The notes under the pieces are model-generated. The model was given only the letters and a program-made list of their open reading frames with translations. It did not search any database and had not been told where the DNA came from. A DNA stretch of 64,000 nucleotides, taken from contig JBDRCZ010000029.1 of assembly GCA_043821285.1 (NCBI GenBank), positions 14,959 through 78,958 of the forward strand. The letters are read 5' to 3'. Origin of the DNA: Candidatus Omnitrophota bacterium. Its GTDB lineage: Bacteria > Omnitrophota > Gorgyraeia > B26-G9 > JBDRCZ01. Positions 37,403 through 48,885 of the stretch are shown here, piece after piece. The translations under genes were made by a program, and so were the position numbers. Every line of letters begins with the position of its first letter. Position 1 is the stretch's first letter.

Positions 37403-38943
37403 TGATCAAACACCGTCATTTTTTCACCCGGGGTGATTTTGATATCTTTAAGCATCGTATCCTGGCCAATCCTTCTAAAATCAAATTCTCCCTTTATCTC
37501 CAGATAACTATCACGTTGATATGCCCGGGAATTAACCACTTTTAAAATCGGGTAATAACCCATAACATTTAAATTTGTCCGGGAATACTTCATCGTACCA
37601 ATTATGCCGTCTTTTCCTTCAAAATGCCCGCGGCTTTTGAGCCGGTTGGCGTTTCCTTTAAATTCCATCCACCCATCCATTATACCACTGACCAGCGGAG
37701 TAGTAGAATCCGTTTTACCTAAGATTAAAAGATCAGATACATCGGCATTAACGATATTAAGCTGCAAATTCAATTCGTAAGGCTCAATCAGTCCGGCTCT
37801 GCCGTTTAAAATATAATCCCGGCCGATGGTTAGCTTTTTTATTTCCAGATAATTTTTGTATAAAATAAACTCACCATTTACTTCTTTAAACGGTTTACGA
37901 TTTATTTCCGTATTCGTGGTAGAAAGTTTTCCTTGCACCTGCGCATCTGTCCGGTCACCGCGTAAAACAATGCTTAAAAATTCAAGGTCGGTTGATAGCT
38001 GGTAAGAATTAAAATGCAGATCTTTTATTTTTGCCTTGGCCCGGGTAAAATCGCTGTTTGAAAAATCGATATTTAATTCGATATCCCCGCCTAAAACAAG
38101 GGCATTAAGCATTATTTTCTGTTCCCTAAAATCAACCCTCCCCGACATTTTAACCTGCTTACCAAAATCAATATTCTTGATCATCAGCCTTTTTCCGTTC
38201 AACGCGGCTTCGCCAAGCAGGTGGATCTTACTGCGGTTTAATAAATCGGCAATTCCCCAGATAATAAAATTATCCACCCGGCCATTGATATTAAAAAAGG
38301 TATCCAGCATTCGTGAGTCCACCTGGATATCAAATTTTGGACCACGGTCAAAACTAAAAACTCTTCCCTTGATAAAAATCGGCACGCCGCCGGCCGTGCA
38401 ATCCATGTTGTCAAAAATAATTTCATCACGGCTAATATTTACGCAGCCATTTAATTTCTCAATAACCGTCGTATTGCCATCAAATAAGATACTCCCCTGA
38501 ACAATTTTTAACCGCATATCTTTGGGTAAACAATAATTGCTAACGGTCCCGTTTTTTGTCTGATTGTTAACGTTACTAAAATTACTCAAATGGATGCGCG
38601 GTGATATTAAAATAATTTTACTGGGAAATCCGCTCTTTCTAAAAAAATTCCAAATGCGGTAATCAACATACGCCCGTTCAACACTAAATAATTTTGCGTT
38701 TTTACCATTATTTTTTTTTGCCAGCACAAAGTCTTTTAAAACAAATTTTCTGATAATCCCGCCTTCGATACTATCAATGCTCACATCCTGCCCAAACTCC
38801 TCTCCCAGATGTTTAACCAGATAGGCCTTTGCCCCGCGGATTAAAAATGTGGGGTAGGTCTCGGCAAAAAATAATATTACCGTAAGCAGCGCAAGAATCA
38901 AAAGAAGGATTGTTCTTTTTTTTGAAATAGCCTTTAAACGCAT
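37399..38943 (-). CDS. AsmA/TamB-like membrane-anchored beta-rich protein
   Basis: N-terminal TM anchor then repetitive beta-strand pattern; translationally coupled to mlaE. Confidence 0.6.
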   Translation of the reverse strand: MRLKAISKKRTILLLILALLTVILFFAETYPTFLIRGAKAYLVKHLGEEFGQDVSIDSIEGGIIRKFVLKDFVLAKKNNGKNAKLFSVERAYVDYRIWNFFRKSGFPSKIILISPRIHLSNFSNVNNQTKNGTVSNYCLPKDMRLKIVQGSILFDGNTTVIEKLNGCVNISRDEIIFDNMDCTAGGVPIFIKGRVFSFDRGPKFDIQVDSRMLDTFFNINGRVDNFIIWGIADLLNRSKIHLLGEAALNGKRLMIKNIDFGKQVKMSGRVDFREQKIMLNALVLGGDIELNIDFSNSDFTRAKAKIKDLHFNSYQLSTDLEFLSIVLRGDRTDAQVQGKLSTTNTEINRKPFKEVNGEFILYKNYLEIKKLTIGRDYILNGRAGLIEPYELNLQLNIVNADVSDLLILGKTDSTTPLVSGIMDGWMEFKGNANRLKSRGHFEGKDGIIGTMKYSRTNLNVMGYYPILKVVNSRAYQRDSYLEIKGEFDFRRIGQDTMLKDIKITPGEKMTVFDQ

Positions 38944-39165
38944 AAATTTTAAATTATTGCCTTCGGCACTAATTTATCCACTGCCTTTTCTTTAAAAAAG
39001 AAAAGGCAGCCCAAAAGAAAAAATTTCTATGTTCTTTTAATAAATCCCTTCTACCGTTTTGTCCACCGTATCCACTACTAATACCTTGGCGGATTTTCGA
39101 TGTGTTGGAAAATGCAAGGCATTTTCCAAGTATGAATCTCCCCCGTCTCTTGCTGCGGGGCATAT

Positions 39166-41598
39166 TCATTGCGCGGTAAAAATAAGTGATTTATCATTTG
39201 CCGATATTTTTAACGGCTTAGTTTTATCAATTTTTCCTAAAAGCATTTCTTCTGCCAGGGGGTCTTCGATATAACGTTGAATCGTACGTTTCAGCGGCCG
39301 CGCGCCAAATATTTGGTCAAAACCCTTTGCCACTAAAAAATCCTTGGCTTTCTGATCTAATTCAATTTTTATCTTTTGTTCTTCAAGACGCAGGATCACC
39401 TCTTTCATCTCGATTTCAATGATGTCATAAAGGTTTTCTTTGGTCAACGGCCTAAATACAATAGTGTCATCGACCCGGTTTAAAAACTCCGGTTTAAATG
39501 TTTTCTTTACTTCATCAAGCAGCCGATCTTTCATTGACTGGTAAGTAATCTCATCCTTTTGCGGGGTAAACCCAATCGCCCCCTGTTTTTTCAGCGTTTC
39601 CGCTCCAATATTAGAGGTCATGATTAGCACGGTATTACGAAAATCTACGCGCCGTCCGAAACTATCCGTCAAACGCCCCTCTTCAAGCATTTGTAATAAA
39701 ATATTGAATACATCCGGATGCGCCTTTTCAATCTCATCAAGCAACACTACGGCATAAGGCCTTCTTCTGATCTTCTCTGTCAACTGCCCGCCCTCTTCAT
39801 ATCCCACATATCCCGGGGGAGCTCCCACCAAACGGGAAACATTAAATTTTTCCATGTATTCGGACATGTCAATCTGTATAATCGCATCAGCATCACCAAA
39901 TAGAAATTCTGCCAACGCCTTTCCAAGAAGAGTTTTTCCTACTCCGGTCGGGCCTAAAAAGATAAACGAGCCAATTGGCCGCTTAGGATCTTTAAGTCCG
40001 GTACGGGAACGCCGTATGGCACTGGCAACAGCCTTAATCGCTTCATCCTGTCCGACTAAGCGTTTATGCAAATCTTCTTCAATCCGCAGCAATTTTTCTG
40101 TCTCTTTTTCTTCAAGCCTGGCAATCGGAATACCGGTCCATTTCGAGACAATTTCGGCAATGTCTTCGGCAGTAACCTCTACGCGCTTCTCCAGCCGGCT
40201 TTCTTTCCAGTCACGGCGTATTTTTTCAAGCTGTGTCCGTGATTCGCGTTCCTGATCTCTGAACTTTGCCGCCTTTTCAAAATCCTGAGCCTTAACCGCA
40301 GCCTCTTTTTCTTTGCGCAACTGTTCAATCTTTACCTCCATGTCTTTTAAATCCGGCGGAGCCGTCATTGTCATCAACCTGGCACGTGAACCGGCCTCAT
40401 CAATAATATCCACGGCTTTATCCGGAAGGAACCTGCCGGTAATATAACGGTCGGAAAGTTTCGCCGCGGCTTCAAGTGCCGTATCCGCGTATTTTACCCG
40501 ATGATGCGCTTCATATTTGTCTCTAAGTCCCCGTAAGATTTCTATTGTTTCTTTAATTGTTGGCGGTTCGACAATAATTGTCTGAAAGCGCCGTTCAAGC
40601 GCCGCATCTTTTTCGATATACTTTCTGTATTCATCCATGGTCGTCGCCCCAATACACTGGATTTCCCCACGGGCGAGTGCCGGTTTTAGAATATTAGAAG
40701 CATCAATCGCTCCCTCCGCACCACCGGCTCCGACTAAAGTATGCAGCTCATCGATAAATATTATAATATCTTCTGAACGTTTAATCTCATCCATAACTGC
40801 CTTTATTCTTTCTTCAAACTGGCCGCGATATTTTGTTCCGGCAACCATAAGCGCAAGATCAAGGATTACTACCCGCCGGTTACGCAATACCTCCGGCATA
40901 TCGCCGGCAATTATTTTTTGTGCCAGTCCTTCGACAATCGCCGTTTTACCTACCCCCGCTTCACCTAACAAAACCGGATTATTCTTTGTCCGGCGGGCAA
41001 GTATCTGGATTACCCGTTCAATTTCATTTTTTCTGCCGATAACCGGATCGAGTTTATTATCTTTAGCTAACTTTGTTAAATCACGGCCAAAGGCATCAAT
41101 TGCCGGAGTTTTTCGTTTTTCCGCGCCTGTGCCTGTAGACATACTATTGTAAGTCGGCATTGCCGTTCCTAAGAGTTCCATAATTTCTCCTCTTACCTTA
41201 TTAAGATCAAGACCGAGATTAAGCAACACCTGTGAGGCAACACCTTCGGTTTCACGAATCAGGCCTAACAGCAAATGTTCTGTACCAATATAATTATGCC
41301 CCAGTGCCCTGGCCTCACTCATCGCCAGTTCAATTGCTTTTTTCGCCTTAGGGGTAAACGGAATATCACCTGAGGTAACCGTACTCGGGCCAGCCTGAAC
41401 AAGTTTTTCTACCTCTAATCTAATAATATCCAGACTAAGGTTTAAATTCTGCAAAACCGCCGCCGCCACCCCCTCTCCTTCCTTAATCAATCCTAGCAGG
41501 ATATGTTCTGTGCCAATGTAGTCATGATTAAATCGTTTAGCTTCTTCTTTTGCTAATAAAATCACCTTTCGTGCACGTTCCGTATATCGGTCAAACAT
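39166..41598 (-). CDS. clpC: ATP-dependent Clp protease ATP-binding subunit ClpC
   Basis: Clp N repeats, [11 protein letters not shown] segment, GPTGVGKT; next to mcsAB. Confidence 0.98.
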   Translation of the reverse strand: MFDRYTERARKVILLAKEEAKRFNHDYIGTEHILLGLIKEGEGVAAAVLQNLNLSLDIIRLEVEKLVQAGPSTVTSGDIPFTPKAKKAIELAMSEARALGHNYIGTEHLLLGLIRETEGVASQVLLNLGLDLNKVRGEIMELLGTAMPTYNSMSTGTGAEKRKTPAIDAFGRDLTKLAKDNKLDPVIGRKNEIERVIQILARRTKNNPVLLGEAGVGKTAIVEGLAQKIIAGDMPEVLRNRRVVILDLALMVAGTKYRGQFEERIKAVMDEIKRSEDIIIFIDELHTLVGAGGAEGAIDASNILKPALARGEIQCIGATTMDEYRKYIEKDAALERRFQTIIVEPPTIKETIEILRGLRDKYEAHHRVKYADTALEAAAKLSDRYITGRFLPDKAVDIIDEAGSRARLMTMTAPPDLKDMEVKIEQLRKEKEAAVKAQDFEKAAKFRDQERESRTQLEKIRRDWKESRLEKRVEVTAEDIAEIVSKWTGIPIARLEEKETEKLLRIEEDLHKRLVGQDEAIKAVASAIRRSRTGLKDPKRPIGSFIFLGPTGVGKTLLGKALAEFLFGDADAIIQIDMSEYMEKFNVSRLVGAPPGYVGYEEGGQLTEKIRRRPYAVVLLDEIEKAHPDVFNILLQMLEEGRLTDSFGRRVDFRNTVLIMTSNIGAETLKKQGAIGFTPQKDEITYQSMKDRLLDEVKKTFKPEFLNRVDDTIVFRPLTKENLYDIIEIEMKEVILRLEEQKIKIELDQKAKDFLVAKGFDQIFGARPLKRTIQRYIEDPLAEEMLLGKIDKTKPLKISANDKSLIFTAQ

Positions 41599-41870
41599 CT
41601 TGCTCCTCCTTTAATATTAGTAGGGTTCTGTCAGATACTTAACCACTTACTTTATAATCTTACCCATCCCCCTCTGTGTTCTCTTACAGTATTAATCTTT
41701 CTATCCCTTCTTTTAGCCTCAACATATTGAATGAACTTCAATAGCAAATGCGATTATCTTCTCGGTTATCTCCTTCATCGTGAATTCTTTTCGAGAGCTC
41801 TGACCTGCCGGCAGGCAGGGCATTGTCTTTCTCTCTGCGTCCTCAGTGGTTCCTTTCATTTTCTTTCATT

Positions 41871-42923
41871 TTATTTTCCGGTTAACTTCTCGCGGATCAA
41901 ACGCGCGCGGGTCACATCACGCTCCTGTTGAGTTAATATCTTGCCTTCAAGTTTCTGCAGGTGTGCCGGCTGGGTAAGGATAAACAGTTGATTAACCGTT
42001 TGCCGGTCAATCTCCTTAATTATTTCCAAATCTACCCCTAAACGAACAATCGATAAAAGCTCTATCGTTTCTTTAGAAGATATAATATGGGCACTTTTAA
42101 GGATGCCAAATCCGCGCCAGATCTGGTCTTCAATCCCGGCACGGTTTTGTTTCAGTAGTGCCGCTCTGGCGTTCTGCTCATAATCAATTATTTGACGAAT
42201 GATCCGTTCAATACTATCTAAGATACTTTCTTCACTACGTCCCATAGTAACACTGTTTGAAATCTGAAAAAAATTCCCGCTGGCCTCTGTCCCCTCGCCA
42301 AACAACCCTCGAGCGGTAAGTCCTAATTTAGCGATTGCCTGAAGCACGCGGTTTATCTGCTTTGTCATTACCAGAGACGGCAAATGCAACATTACCGAGG
42401 CGCGCATACCGGTGCCGGTATTTGTCGGACAGGCAGTTAAATATCCCCAGTCAACGGAAAAGGCAAAATTCAGCCGACGTTCCATTTCTTTATCTAAATT
42501 ATTAATCACATCCCAAGCTGAACGTAAATTAAAACCCGATTGAATTACCTGTGAACGCATGTGGTCTTCTTCATTAACCATTACCGAAATAATTTCATTT
42601 TTATCAATACATACTGCCTTAACATCAGTCTGCACAATATGCTCGCGGCTGACTAAATGTCTTTCCAGCAAAAACTGGCGGTCAATGCTGTTTAATTTAT
42701 TCATCAGTAAATATATCCCGTCCTTAAAATAATTAAGCGACAACATAACCGGTTCTATTAATTTCAGGGTATCTTCCTGCTGTTTTTTCGCTGCCCAGTG
42801 GGAAAAAGGCAGTTTGTTTAAATTTCTCGCCAGGCGCACGCGGCTGCTAATAATAATATTTGAATTCGGACCGGTCCCTCTTAACCATTCACTGGTCTGA
42901 TGCAACAATTCATCAAGCTTCAT
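41871..42923 (-). CDS. mcsB: Protein arginine kinase
   Basis: SSRVRLARN, NEEDH, GYLTACPTNTGTGMRASVMLHLP. Confidence 0.97.
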   Translation of the reverse strand: MKLDELLHQTSEWLRGTGPNSNIIISSRVRLARNLNKLPFSHWAAKKQQEDTLKLIEPVMLSLNYFKDGIYLLMNKLNSIDRQFLLERHLVSREHIVQTDVKAVCIDKNEIISVMVNEEDHMRSQVIQSGFNLRSAWDVINNLDKEMERRLNFAFSVDWGYLTACPTNTGTGMRASVMLHLPSLVMTKQINRVLQAIAKLGLTARGLFGEGTEASGNFFQISNSVTMGRSEESILDSIERIIRQIIDYEQNARAALLKQNRAGIEDQIWRGFGILKSAHIISSKETIELLSIVRLGVDLEIIKEIDRQTVNQLFILTQPAHLQKLEGKILTQQERDVTRARLIREKLTGK

Positions 42924-43310
42924 ATAAAACCCCTTTTTTATTCTCTGGTTCTGTAAAATACTTAACCACGGAGGTTCTAGTGCTCACTTTTAAGGTGTAC
43001 GACAACCTTTGGCCGTTCATTACCATAAATACTTATTTCCCCGCCAAGATTCATTGACTACAGATTGTAAAACAACGTTTAAACATTTTTTAGCCACGGA
43101 TTTACACGGATACTACACGAATTTTAATATTCAAACCTTTCAACTCTTTTTTAAATTTTTCTAGTCACGCCTTTTTTATCCGTGGCTAATCCGTGAAAAT
43201 CTGTGGCTCTATTTTATTTTTTCGCCATGAATTAACACAGATGTAACAACGGGGCATCGTGATTATTTTCCTGTGATTCCTTTCATTTTATTGTCACTTT
43301 ATTTTTGACA

Positions 43311-43814
43311 CTACTTATTTTCTTTCTTTTCCATCTCTTTTATTTTATCGCGTATTTTTGCCGCCTCCTCAAATGCCTCGGTCTGAATTGCCTTCTGTAG
43401 TCTAATTTGCATATCCTGAAGCTCTTTTCTAACCTTAAACTCAGGCCCGCTTTTTGTTGGAGATTTTCCGGCATGCTGACTTGCGCCGTGTATCCTTTTA
43501 AATAACGGTTCCAGACTCTGCTTAAACGTTGTATAACACTCACTGCAGCCAAAACGGCCAATCCGCTTAAAGTCCTCGTAGGTAAGTTTACAATTTGGGC
43601 ATTTAATTACCTGTTTTCTTCCTGGTTTTCCTGCTGGTACGGCTAAATCAACCAGTCCGGATAAAAGATCCTGCAAAGCAAACGGCTGTCCTAACCCGGC
43701 GACGCCTTTTTCCCGTGCGCATTCTTCGCAAAGATGCAATTCAGTCATCTGATCATTGATTATTTCCGTAAGATGCACGGAAGCCTGTTTCTTCCCGCAA
43801 ATATCACAGACCAT
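43311..43814 (-). CDS. mcsA: McsA (UVR domain, CxxC motifs)
   Basis: CDIC...HLCEECA...CPNC...GCSECY, EAFEEAAKIRD; ATG 43814 after GGAGG. Confidence 0.95.
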   Translation of the reverse strand: MVCDICGKKQASVHLTEIINDQMTELHLCEECAREKGVAGLGQPFALQDLLSGLVDLAVPAGKPGRKQVIKCPNCKLTYEDFKRIGRFGCSECYTTFKQSLEPLFKRIHGASQHAGKSPTKSGPEFKVRKELQDMQIRLQKAIQTEAFEEAAKIRDKIKEMEKKENK

Positions 43815-43957
43815 ATTTAACCTCCGGTTAACTAAAATTCCAAAATTCAAATGTCAAAATCTAAATGAATCTTCTAATCTTCAAATCCTTTAATTTTTTT
43901 ATTGTTTTATTTAGTAATTCATTTGAAATTTGGATTTTGACATTTGTCATTCTGTTT

Positions 43958-44839
43958 TTAAAGTTTGTATCGCGTCCCCTTTATCTTGGTAACCTTTTGA
44001 AATTCTTTCATGATTAACTTTGTCGTCTTTCCCGGCAAACCATCACCAATTTTGCGGCCGTCAATTTGAACCACGGGAATAACCTCGGCCGCGGTACCGG
44101 TTAAAAAACACTCATCCGCGTTATAGAGGTCGTGGCGGGTTAAAAAATCTTCCGTAAAACCGGCAATGTGTTTTTTTCTGACAATATCAATAACTTCCCC
44201 TCTGGTTATCCCGTTCAATACGCCCAGATTAACGATTGGTGTTTTTAATTCACCATTTTTTATAATAAAAATATTATCCCCGGTACATTCCGCAACATAC
44301 CCCTGGGAATTAAGCATTATTGCCTCTTCAACGCCGGCATTTATTGCCTCGATTTTTGCCAGAATGTTATTTAAATAATTAAGTGATTTTATCTGCGGAT
44401 TAACTGCCTCGGAAAGATTACGCATTGTCGGTACCGTGACGATCACCAGTCCCTGTTCGTAAAATTTCTGCGGATAAATGGCAATTTTATCGGTAATAAT
44501 GATAATCACCGGACGGCGGCATTTTCTCGGGTCAAGTCCCAAATCACCAATACCTCTGGTTACCACCAATCTTATATAGGCATTTTTCAATTTATTCAAT
44601 TTTAAGGTATCAATTACGGCTTTAATCATTTCTTTTTTGGCCATGGGAAGCATCAGCATTATCGTGTGTGCCGATTCATACAAGCGGTCAATATGTTCTT
44701 CCAGCTTAAACACCAACCCATTATAAGACCGGATTCCTTCAAACACGCCGTCGCCATAAAGCAGTCCATGGTCAAAAACAGAAACCCTTGCCTGATCCTG
44801 TTCATAGTATTTTCCATCAACATAAACCTTCAATCCCAT
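43958..44839 (-). CDS. ilvE: Branched-chain amino acid aminotransferase
   Basis: DHGLLYGDGVFEGIR, KSLNYLNN, LNGITR, FLTGTAAE; ATG 44839 after GGAGGTG. Confidence 0.95.
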   Translation of the reverse strand: MGLKVYVDGKYYEQDQARVSVFDHGLLYGDGVFEGIRSYNGLVFKLEEHIDRLYESAHTIMLMLPMAKKEMIKAVIDTLKLNKLKNAYIRLVVTRGIGDLGLDPRKCRRPVIIIITDKIAIYPQKFYEQGLVIVTVPTMRNLSEAVNPQIKSLNYLNNILAKIEAINAGVEEAIMLNSQGYVAECTGDNIFIIKNGELKTPIVNLGVLNGITRGEVIDIVRKKHIAGFTEDFLTRHDLYNADECFLTGTAAEVIPVVQIDGRKIGDGLPGKTTKLIMKEFQKVTKIKGTRYKL

Positions 44840-44956
44840 GATCACCTCCCGGTACAATTACAAATTCCAAATGTCAAATTCCAAATAAATAACTTAACAA
44901 AAAAATGACAAATAAAAGAAACATTATACAACAAAATGTTTTTCTCTGTGTAATTA

Positions 44957-45020
44957 AATAAAAAAATTCCTTCGGAATCTTTTTATCCATTTGAAAACCG
45001 TAGGTTTTCAAACTTTCCCT
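44957..45020. repeat. Partial copy of the ~145-bp repeat (5' half)
   Basis: AAAAAATTCCTTCGGAATCTTTTTATCCATTTGAAAACCGTAGGTTTTCAAACTTTCCC. Confidence 0.85.
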
Positions 45021-45105
45021 CCAAAAGATCACCCTCTATCAAGCTATAGGGAATAATCAAGTTTAATGATTCATTTAGATTTTGGCATTTGTAATTTGTC
45101 ATTTT

Positions 45106-45774
45106 TTACACGATCTTCCCGTCTCTGATATGTACCACCTGCCCGGCAAATTCGGTTATCGTCTTTTCATGCGTAACAATAATTAACGTTTTTTTCTCTT
45201 CCTTATTTAACCTTGAGAGTATTTCTATTATCTTTCTGCCGGTTTCTGAATCAAGATTACCGGTTGGTTCATCACAGAGTACCAGTTCCGGTTCATTGAT
45301 CAATGCCCGGGCAATCGCCGTGCGCTGCTGCTCTCCCCCGGAAAGCTCAAATGGCCGGTGGGTTATTCTTTCCTGCAGTCCCATCTGTTCGAGCAAAGCC
45401 GCGGCCTTTTTTTTAAGCATAGTTAAATCTCCCCGGGCAATCCTTCCCGGAAGCATTACATTCTCAATAACCGAAAGCTCCGGTAAAAGATGATAAAACT
45501 GAAATACAAAACCAATTCTCTGGTTCCGAATAGCCGCCAGGTCATTTTGAGACAGCGCATATAAATTTATATTGTCAAAAAAAACTTCTCCCTTACTTGG
45601 ATAATCAAGTCCGCCGAGTAAGTGCAGCAGCGTACTTTTACCCGCACCCGAAGGGCCGATAATACAGGTAAACGAGCCGTCTTTTATCTCTAAATTTATC
45701 CCTTTTAGAACCTCAAGCCTTTTTCGCCCCTCATGATAGACTTTGCCCAGATTAATAACTTTAAGCTTATTCAT
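45106..45774 (-). CDS. lolD: Lipoprotein-releasing ABC transporter ATP-binding protein
   Basis: [37 protein letters not shown]; coupled to lolC/E. Confidence 0.9.
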   Translation of the reverse strand: MNKLKVINLGKVYHEGRKRLEVLKGINLEIKDGSFTCIIGPSGAGKSTLLHLLGGLDYPSKGEVFFDNINLYALSQNDLAAIRNQRIGFVFQFYHLLPELSVIENVMLPGRIARGDLTMLKKKAAALLEQMGLQERITHRPFELSGGEQQRTAIARALINEPELVLCDEPTGNLDSETGRKIIEILSRLNKEEKKTLIIVTHEKTITEFAGQVVHIRDGKIV

Positions 45775-46948
45775 ATCTTAAGGCTTCAACCGGTTTAAGC
45801 TGCGCAGCCTGATGTGCGGGATAGAGCGTTGCCATGAGACTAATCGCCAGGGCGGCAATAATTATCAAAGATATGTCGAACGTTTCAATTTTTATCGGCA
45901 GTTTATCGATATAGTATATATCCTGCGGCAATTTTATAAGATCATAGTTTTTCAATATATAGGAGAGCAAAAATCCACAAACCCCGCCGAAAAATGTCCC
46001 GAGCGTGCCAATCATCAGACCGTCGAGAATAAATATCTTCCGGATGCTGTTATTAGTTGCCCCGACAGATTTCAGAATACCAATATCCTTTGTCTTTTCC
46101 ATTACCGTCATCATCAAAGTACTTACGATATTTAAGGCAGCAACAACCACAATCAATGCTAAAATTATAAACATCGCCGTCTTTTCAAGCCTCAAGGCAT
46201 TAAACAGGTTTCGGTTAATATCCATCCAGCTCCTTACCCAGTAAGGGTAGGTTAATATCTTTTTAAGTTCATCTTTTACCTTATCGGCCTTGTAAACATC
46301 GTCTATCTTTATCCCAATCCCACTGACGACATCTTCCTGCATTGTGATTTTTTTTGCCTGGTCAATCGAGGTAAACACCAATGCTGAGTCAAAATCATAC
46401 ATCCCAGAATCAAAAATCCCGGTAATGTTATAGGCGGTTATCTCGGCATTAATCGGCGAAAGCACTTCTATCCTGCCGCCAATCCTTTTTCCCAGACGCG
46501 CGGCAAGCTGCTTACCAATAATTATACCCTTATCTTGCAGGTTAAACACGCCATATTTAAGATATTCTTTAATATTTGTTACCGCGGGTTCTGTTTCCGG
46601 ATTAATTCCTCTTAATACAACATTCGCAAGATAATCCTTACTGCGGATCATCACCTGCGCGCTGACAAACTCAGAGACCGCAAGTACATGCGGATTTTTT
46701 AATGCAATATTGTTTACTTCCTGATAATTATCTATGCCGTTTTCCTTCTCAATAATCAGATGCGAATTTGTCCCGATAATCTTATCACGCAACTGGGCAT
46801 CAAACCCGCTCATCACCCCAATTACAACAATTAAAGTCATCACGCCCACGGCAATCCCGATAATCGAAATCAAACTAATAATCGAGATAAACTTTTCTTT
46901 ACGTTTTGTTTTTAAATAGGTTAGACTTATAAAAAACTCATATTTCAT
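45767..46948 (-). CDS. lolC: Lipoprotein-releasing ABC transporter permease LolC/E
   Basis: FISIIS.IGIAVGV..LIVVIGVMSGF, EKT.DIGILKSVGA, P..ALRYE. Confidence 0.92.
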   Translation of the reverse strand: MKYEFFISLTYLKTKRKEKFISIISLISIIGIAVGVMTLIVVIGVMSGFDAQLRDKIIGTNSHLIIEKENGIDNYQEVNNIALKNPHVLAVSEFVSAQVMIRSKDYLANVVLRGINPETEPAVTNIKEYLKYGVFNLQDKGIIIGKQLAARLGKRIGGRIEVLSPINAEITAYNITGIFDSGMYDFDSALVFTSIDQAKKITMQEDVVSGIGIKIDDVYKADKVKDELKKILTYPYWVRSWMDINRNLFNALRLEKTAMFIILALIVVVAALNIVSTLMMTVMEKTKDIGILKSVGATNNSIRKIFILDGLMIGTLGTFFGGVCGFLLSYILKNYDLIKLPQDIYYIDKLPIKIETFDISLIIIAALAISLMATLYPAHQAAQLKPVEALRYE

Positions 46949-46952
46949 TACT

Positions 46953-47109
46953 TTATTCTTCTTTTGGTTTCAACTGCGGGAACAAAATCACATCCCGGAT
47001 TGACGGCTGGTTACAAAAAATCATCATCTGGCCAATCCCTATCCCCAAAATGATTAACTTCTTTATTTACAAGCTGTTGCAGCTTTTATTCAGCTATTCC
47101 CTCGCTCAC
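46953..47109 (-). pseudogene. lysS: Class II lysyl-tRNA synthetase scar (C-terminus plus probable N-terminus)
   Basis: 47048-46953 reads LGIGIGQMMIFCNQPSIRDVILFPQLKPKEE* (motif 3 tail). The GTG 47109 frame gives ...*KLQQLVNKEVNHFG, resembling a LysS N-terminus. Confidence 0.75.
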
Positions 47110-47145
47110 AGCTTATCCTCGCTATATAACTTACATTAGTGTTTT

Positions 47146-47175
47146 ATTATATAACAGAAAACACTCCACTGTCAA
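47146..47175 (-). promoter_or_regulatory. Consensus sigma70 promoter for the lysS-scar/lol operon
   Basis: TTGACA-18 nt-TATAAT. Confidence 0.75.
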
Positions 47176-47295
47176 GCAAGTTACCGCTGCAAAGAATCGC
47201 CTCTAAGGTAACGTACATGCTCATTCAAGAGGGTTATTCTTTTTGCTAACAATATCTATTGAACTAAGATAAAAACCCCGTGTGGCGGTTAATTG

Positions 47296-48636
47296 TCACC
47301 CGCATAATTTTTGCACTGTCTTAAAACTACGCATTAATATTAAATCAATCTCATTTTTTTTCACACATAACGGTAAATAAAAATATATAATCGAACCCAG
47401 CGGCCGAAGAATAAGCTGCTGCTTAAGCCCGTACTTATAAACTTGCAGACCAATTCTCTCCTTAAGGCCAAATGCCTGTTTTGTCTTTTTATTCTTTACC
47501 AATTCCATCGCCCCAATCATCCCCAGATAGCGTACATCGCCAACTAAAGGAAGTGCTCTGAATTTTTCAAGTCCCCGGTGAAATACCGGAATTAGCTGCT
47601 TCATCCTGTTTAGAGTGTCTTCCTTCTTGAAAATTTTCAGACCCGCCACTGCTGCGGCACAGGCAAGAGGATTGGCGGTATAAGTATGTCCGTGATAAAA
47701 GGTCTTTTTCTGTTCATAATCTGCCAAGAATGCCTGATAAACCTCATCGGTCGTTAAAGTAACACCTAACGCCAGGCACCCTGAGGTTATGCCTTTGGAA
47801 AGACAGATAAAATCAGGAAAAATATTTGCCAGTTCACAAGCAAACATTTTTCCCGTCCGGCCAAAACCTGTCGCAATCTCATCAACAATCAAATGCACTT
47901 TAAACTCGCGCGCAAGTTTAGCCGCTTTGATCAAATAATCTGGCGGATAAACAATCATCCCGCCCGCAGCCATAACCAAAGGTTCTAAAATTACTGCGGC
48001 AATCTCTTTATTTTTTTCGGCAAGTATTTTTTCAAGTGGCGTGATACATTCGATCGCACATCTTTCTCTTTGTTTTCCCACCGGACAACGATAGCAATAA
48101 GGCGAGGGAATTTTATAAGACGCAAAAAATAATGGTTTAAATACTCCATTAAACAAATCAACTCCACTCACACTCATTGCCCCAATCGTATCCCCATGAT
48201 AAGCATAATCTAACGCGACAAATTTTGTCTTTTTCTTCTTCCCAATATTCTGCCAATACTGATACGACATCTTTAGCGCCACCTCGACCGCGGTGGAACC
48301 ATTATCGGAAAAAAATACTTTTGTTAGACCTTTCGGGGTAATTGCCACAAGTCTTTCGGCCAGCACTATTGCCGGCTTATGCGTAAAACCGGCAAATAAT
48401 ACCTGGTCCAAGGCATTTATTTGTTCTTTAATTGCCTGCTTTATTTGCGGGTGATTATGACCGTGCACATTACACCACCAGCTTGATATCGTATCATAAT
48501 AAAAATTACCTGCTGGATCATATAATTTTATTCCCTTTGCCCGGTCTATTAATATTGGCGGCAATTGCCGGCAATCCTTCATTTGGGTATAAGGGTGCCA
48601 GATGTATCGTAAATCTTTTTCTATCCAGGTATACAT
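47296..48636 (-). CDS. bioA: Adenosylmethionine-8-amino-7-oxononanoate transaminase
   Basis: IWHPYTQM, SSWWCNVHGH, DNGSTAVEVALK, DEIATGFGRTG, HGHTY. Confidence 0.97.
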   Translation of the reverse strand: MYTWIEKDLRYIWHPYTQMKDCRQLPPILIDRAKGIKLYDPAGNFYYDTISSWWCNVHGHNHPQIKQAIKEQINALDQVLFAGFTHKPAIVLAERLVAITPKGLTKVFFSDNGSTAVEVALKMSYQYWQNIGKKKKTKFVALDYAYHGDTIGAMSVSGVDLFNGVFKPLFFASYKIPSPYCYRCPVGKQRERCAIECITPLEKILAEKNKEIAAVILEPLVMAAGGMIVYPPDYLIKAAKLAREFKVHLIVDEIATGFGRTGKMFACELANIFPDFICLSKGITSGCLALGVTLTTDEVYQAFLADYEQKKTFYHGHTYTANPLACAAAVAGLKIFKKEDTLNRMKQLIPVFHRGLEKFRALPLVGDVRYLGMIGAMELVKNKKTKQAFGLKERIGLQVYKYGLKQQLILRPLGSIIYFYLPLCVKKNEIDLILMRSFKTVQKLCG

Positions 48637-48885
48637 TACTATGCCTCAGTGTAAAGATTACTGTTAAAATTCCAAAATCCAAATGACAAAATCCCCGCCA
48701 CAAAGATTGGCGGACAGGCAAATAAATCTTTTAATATTTTAATCTCAAAAAAACAATTAAGCTGCAAAAACATTTTTTTATTTGTTATTTTTTTGTTAAG
48801 TAATTCATTTGCCTGTCCGCCGTCTTGTTGGGCGGGGCATTTGGATTTTGACATTTGGGATTTGAAAATGATAAACTTCCGCATT

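Noticed and set aside
38969-39169. 66-aa ORF after clpC
   Set aside because: No motif and poor composition; possibly real given the ATGA overlap, but unsupported.
48639-48884. 81-aa ORF between bioD and bioA (and 26553-26777, 18329-18526)
   Set aside because: Translations of repeat or palindrome elements.
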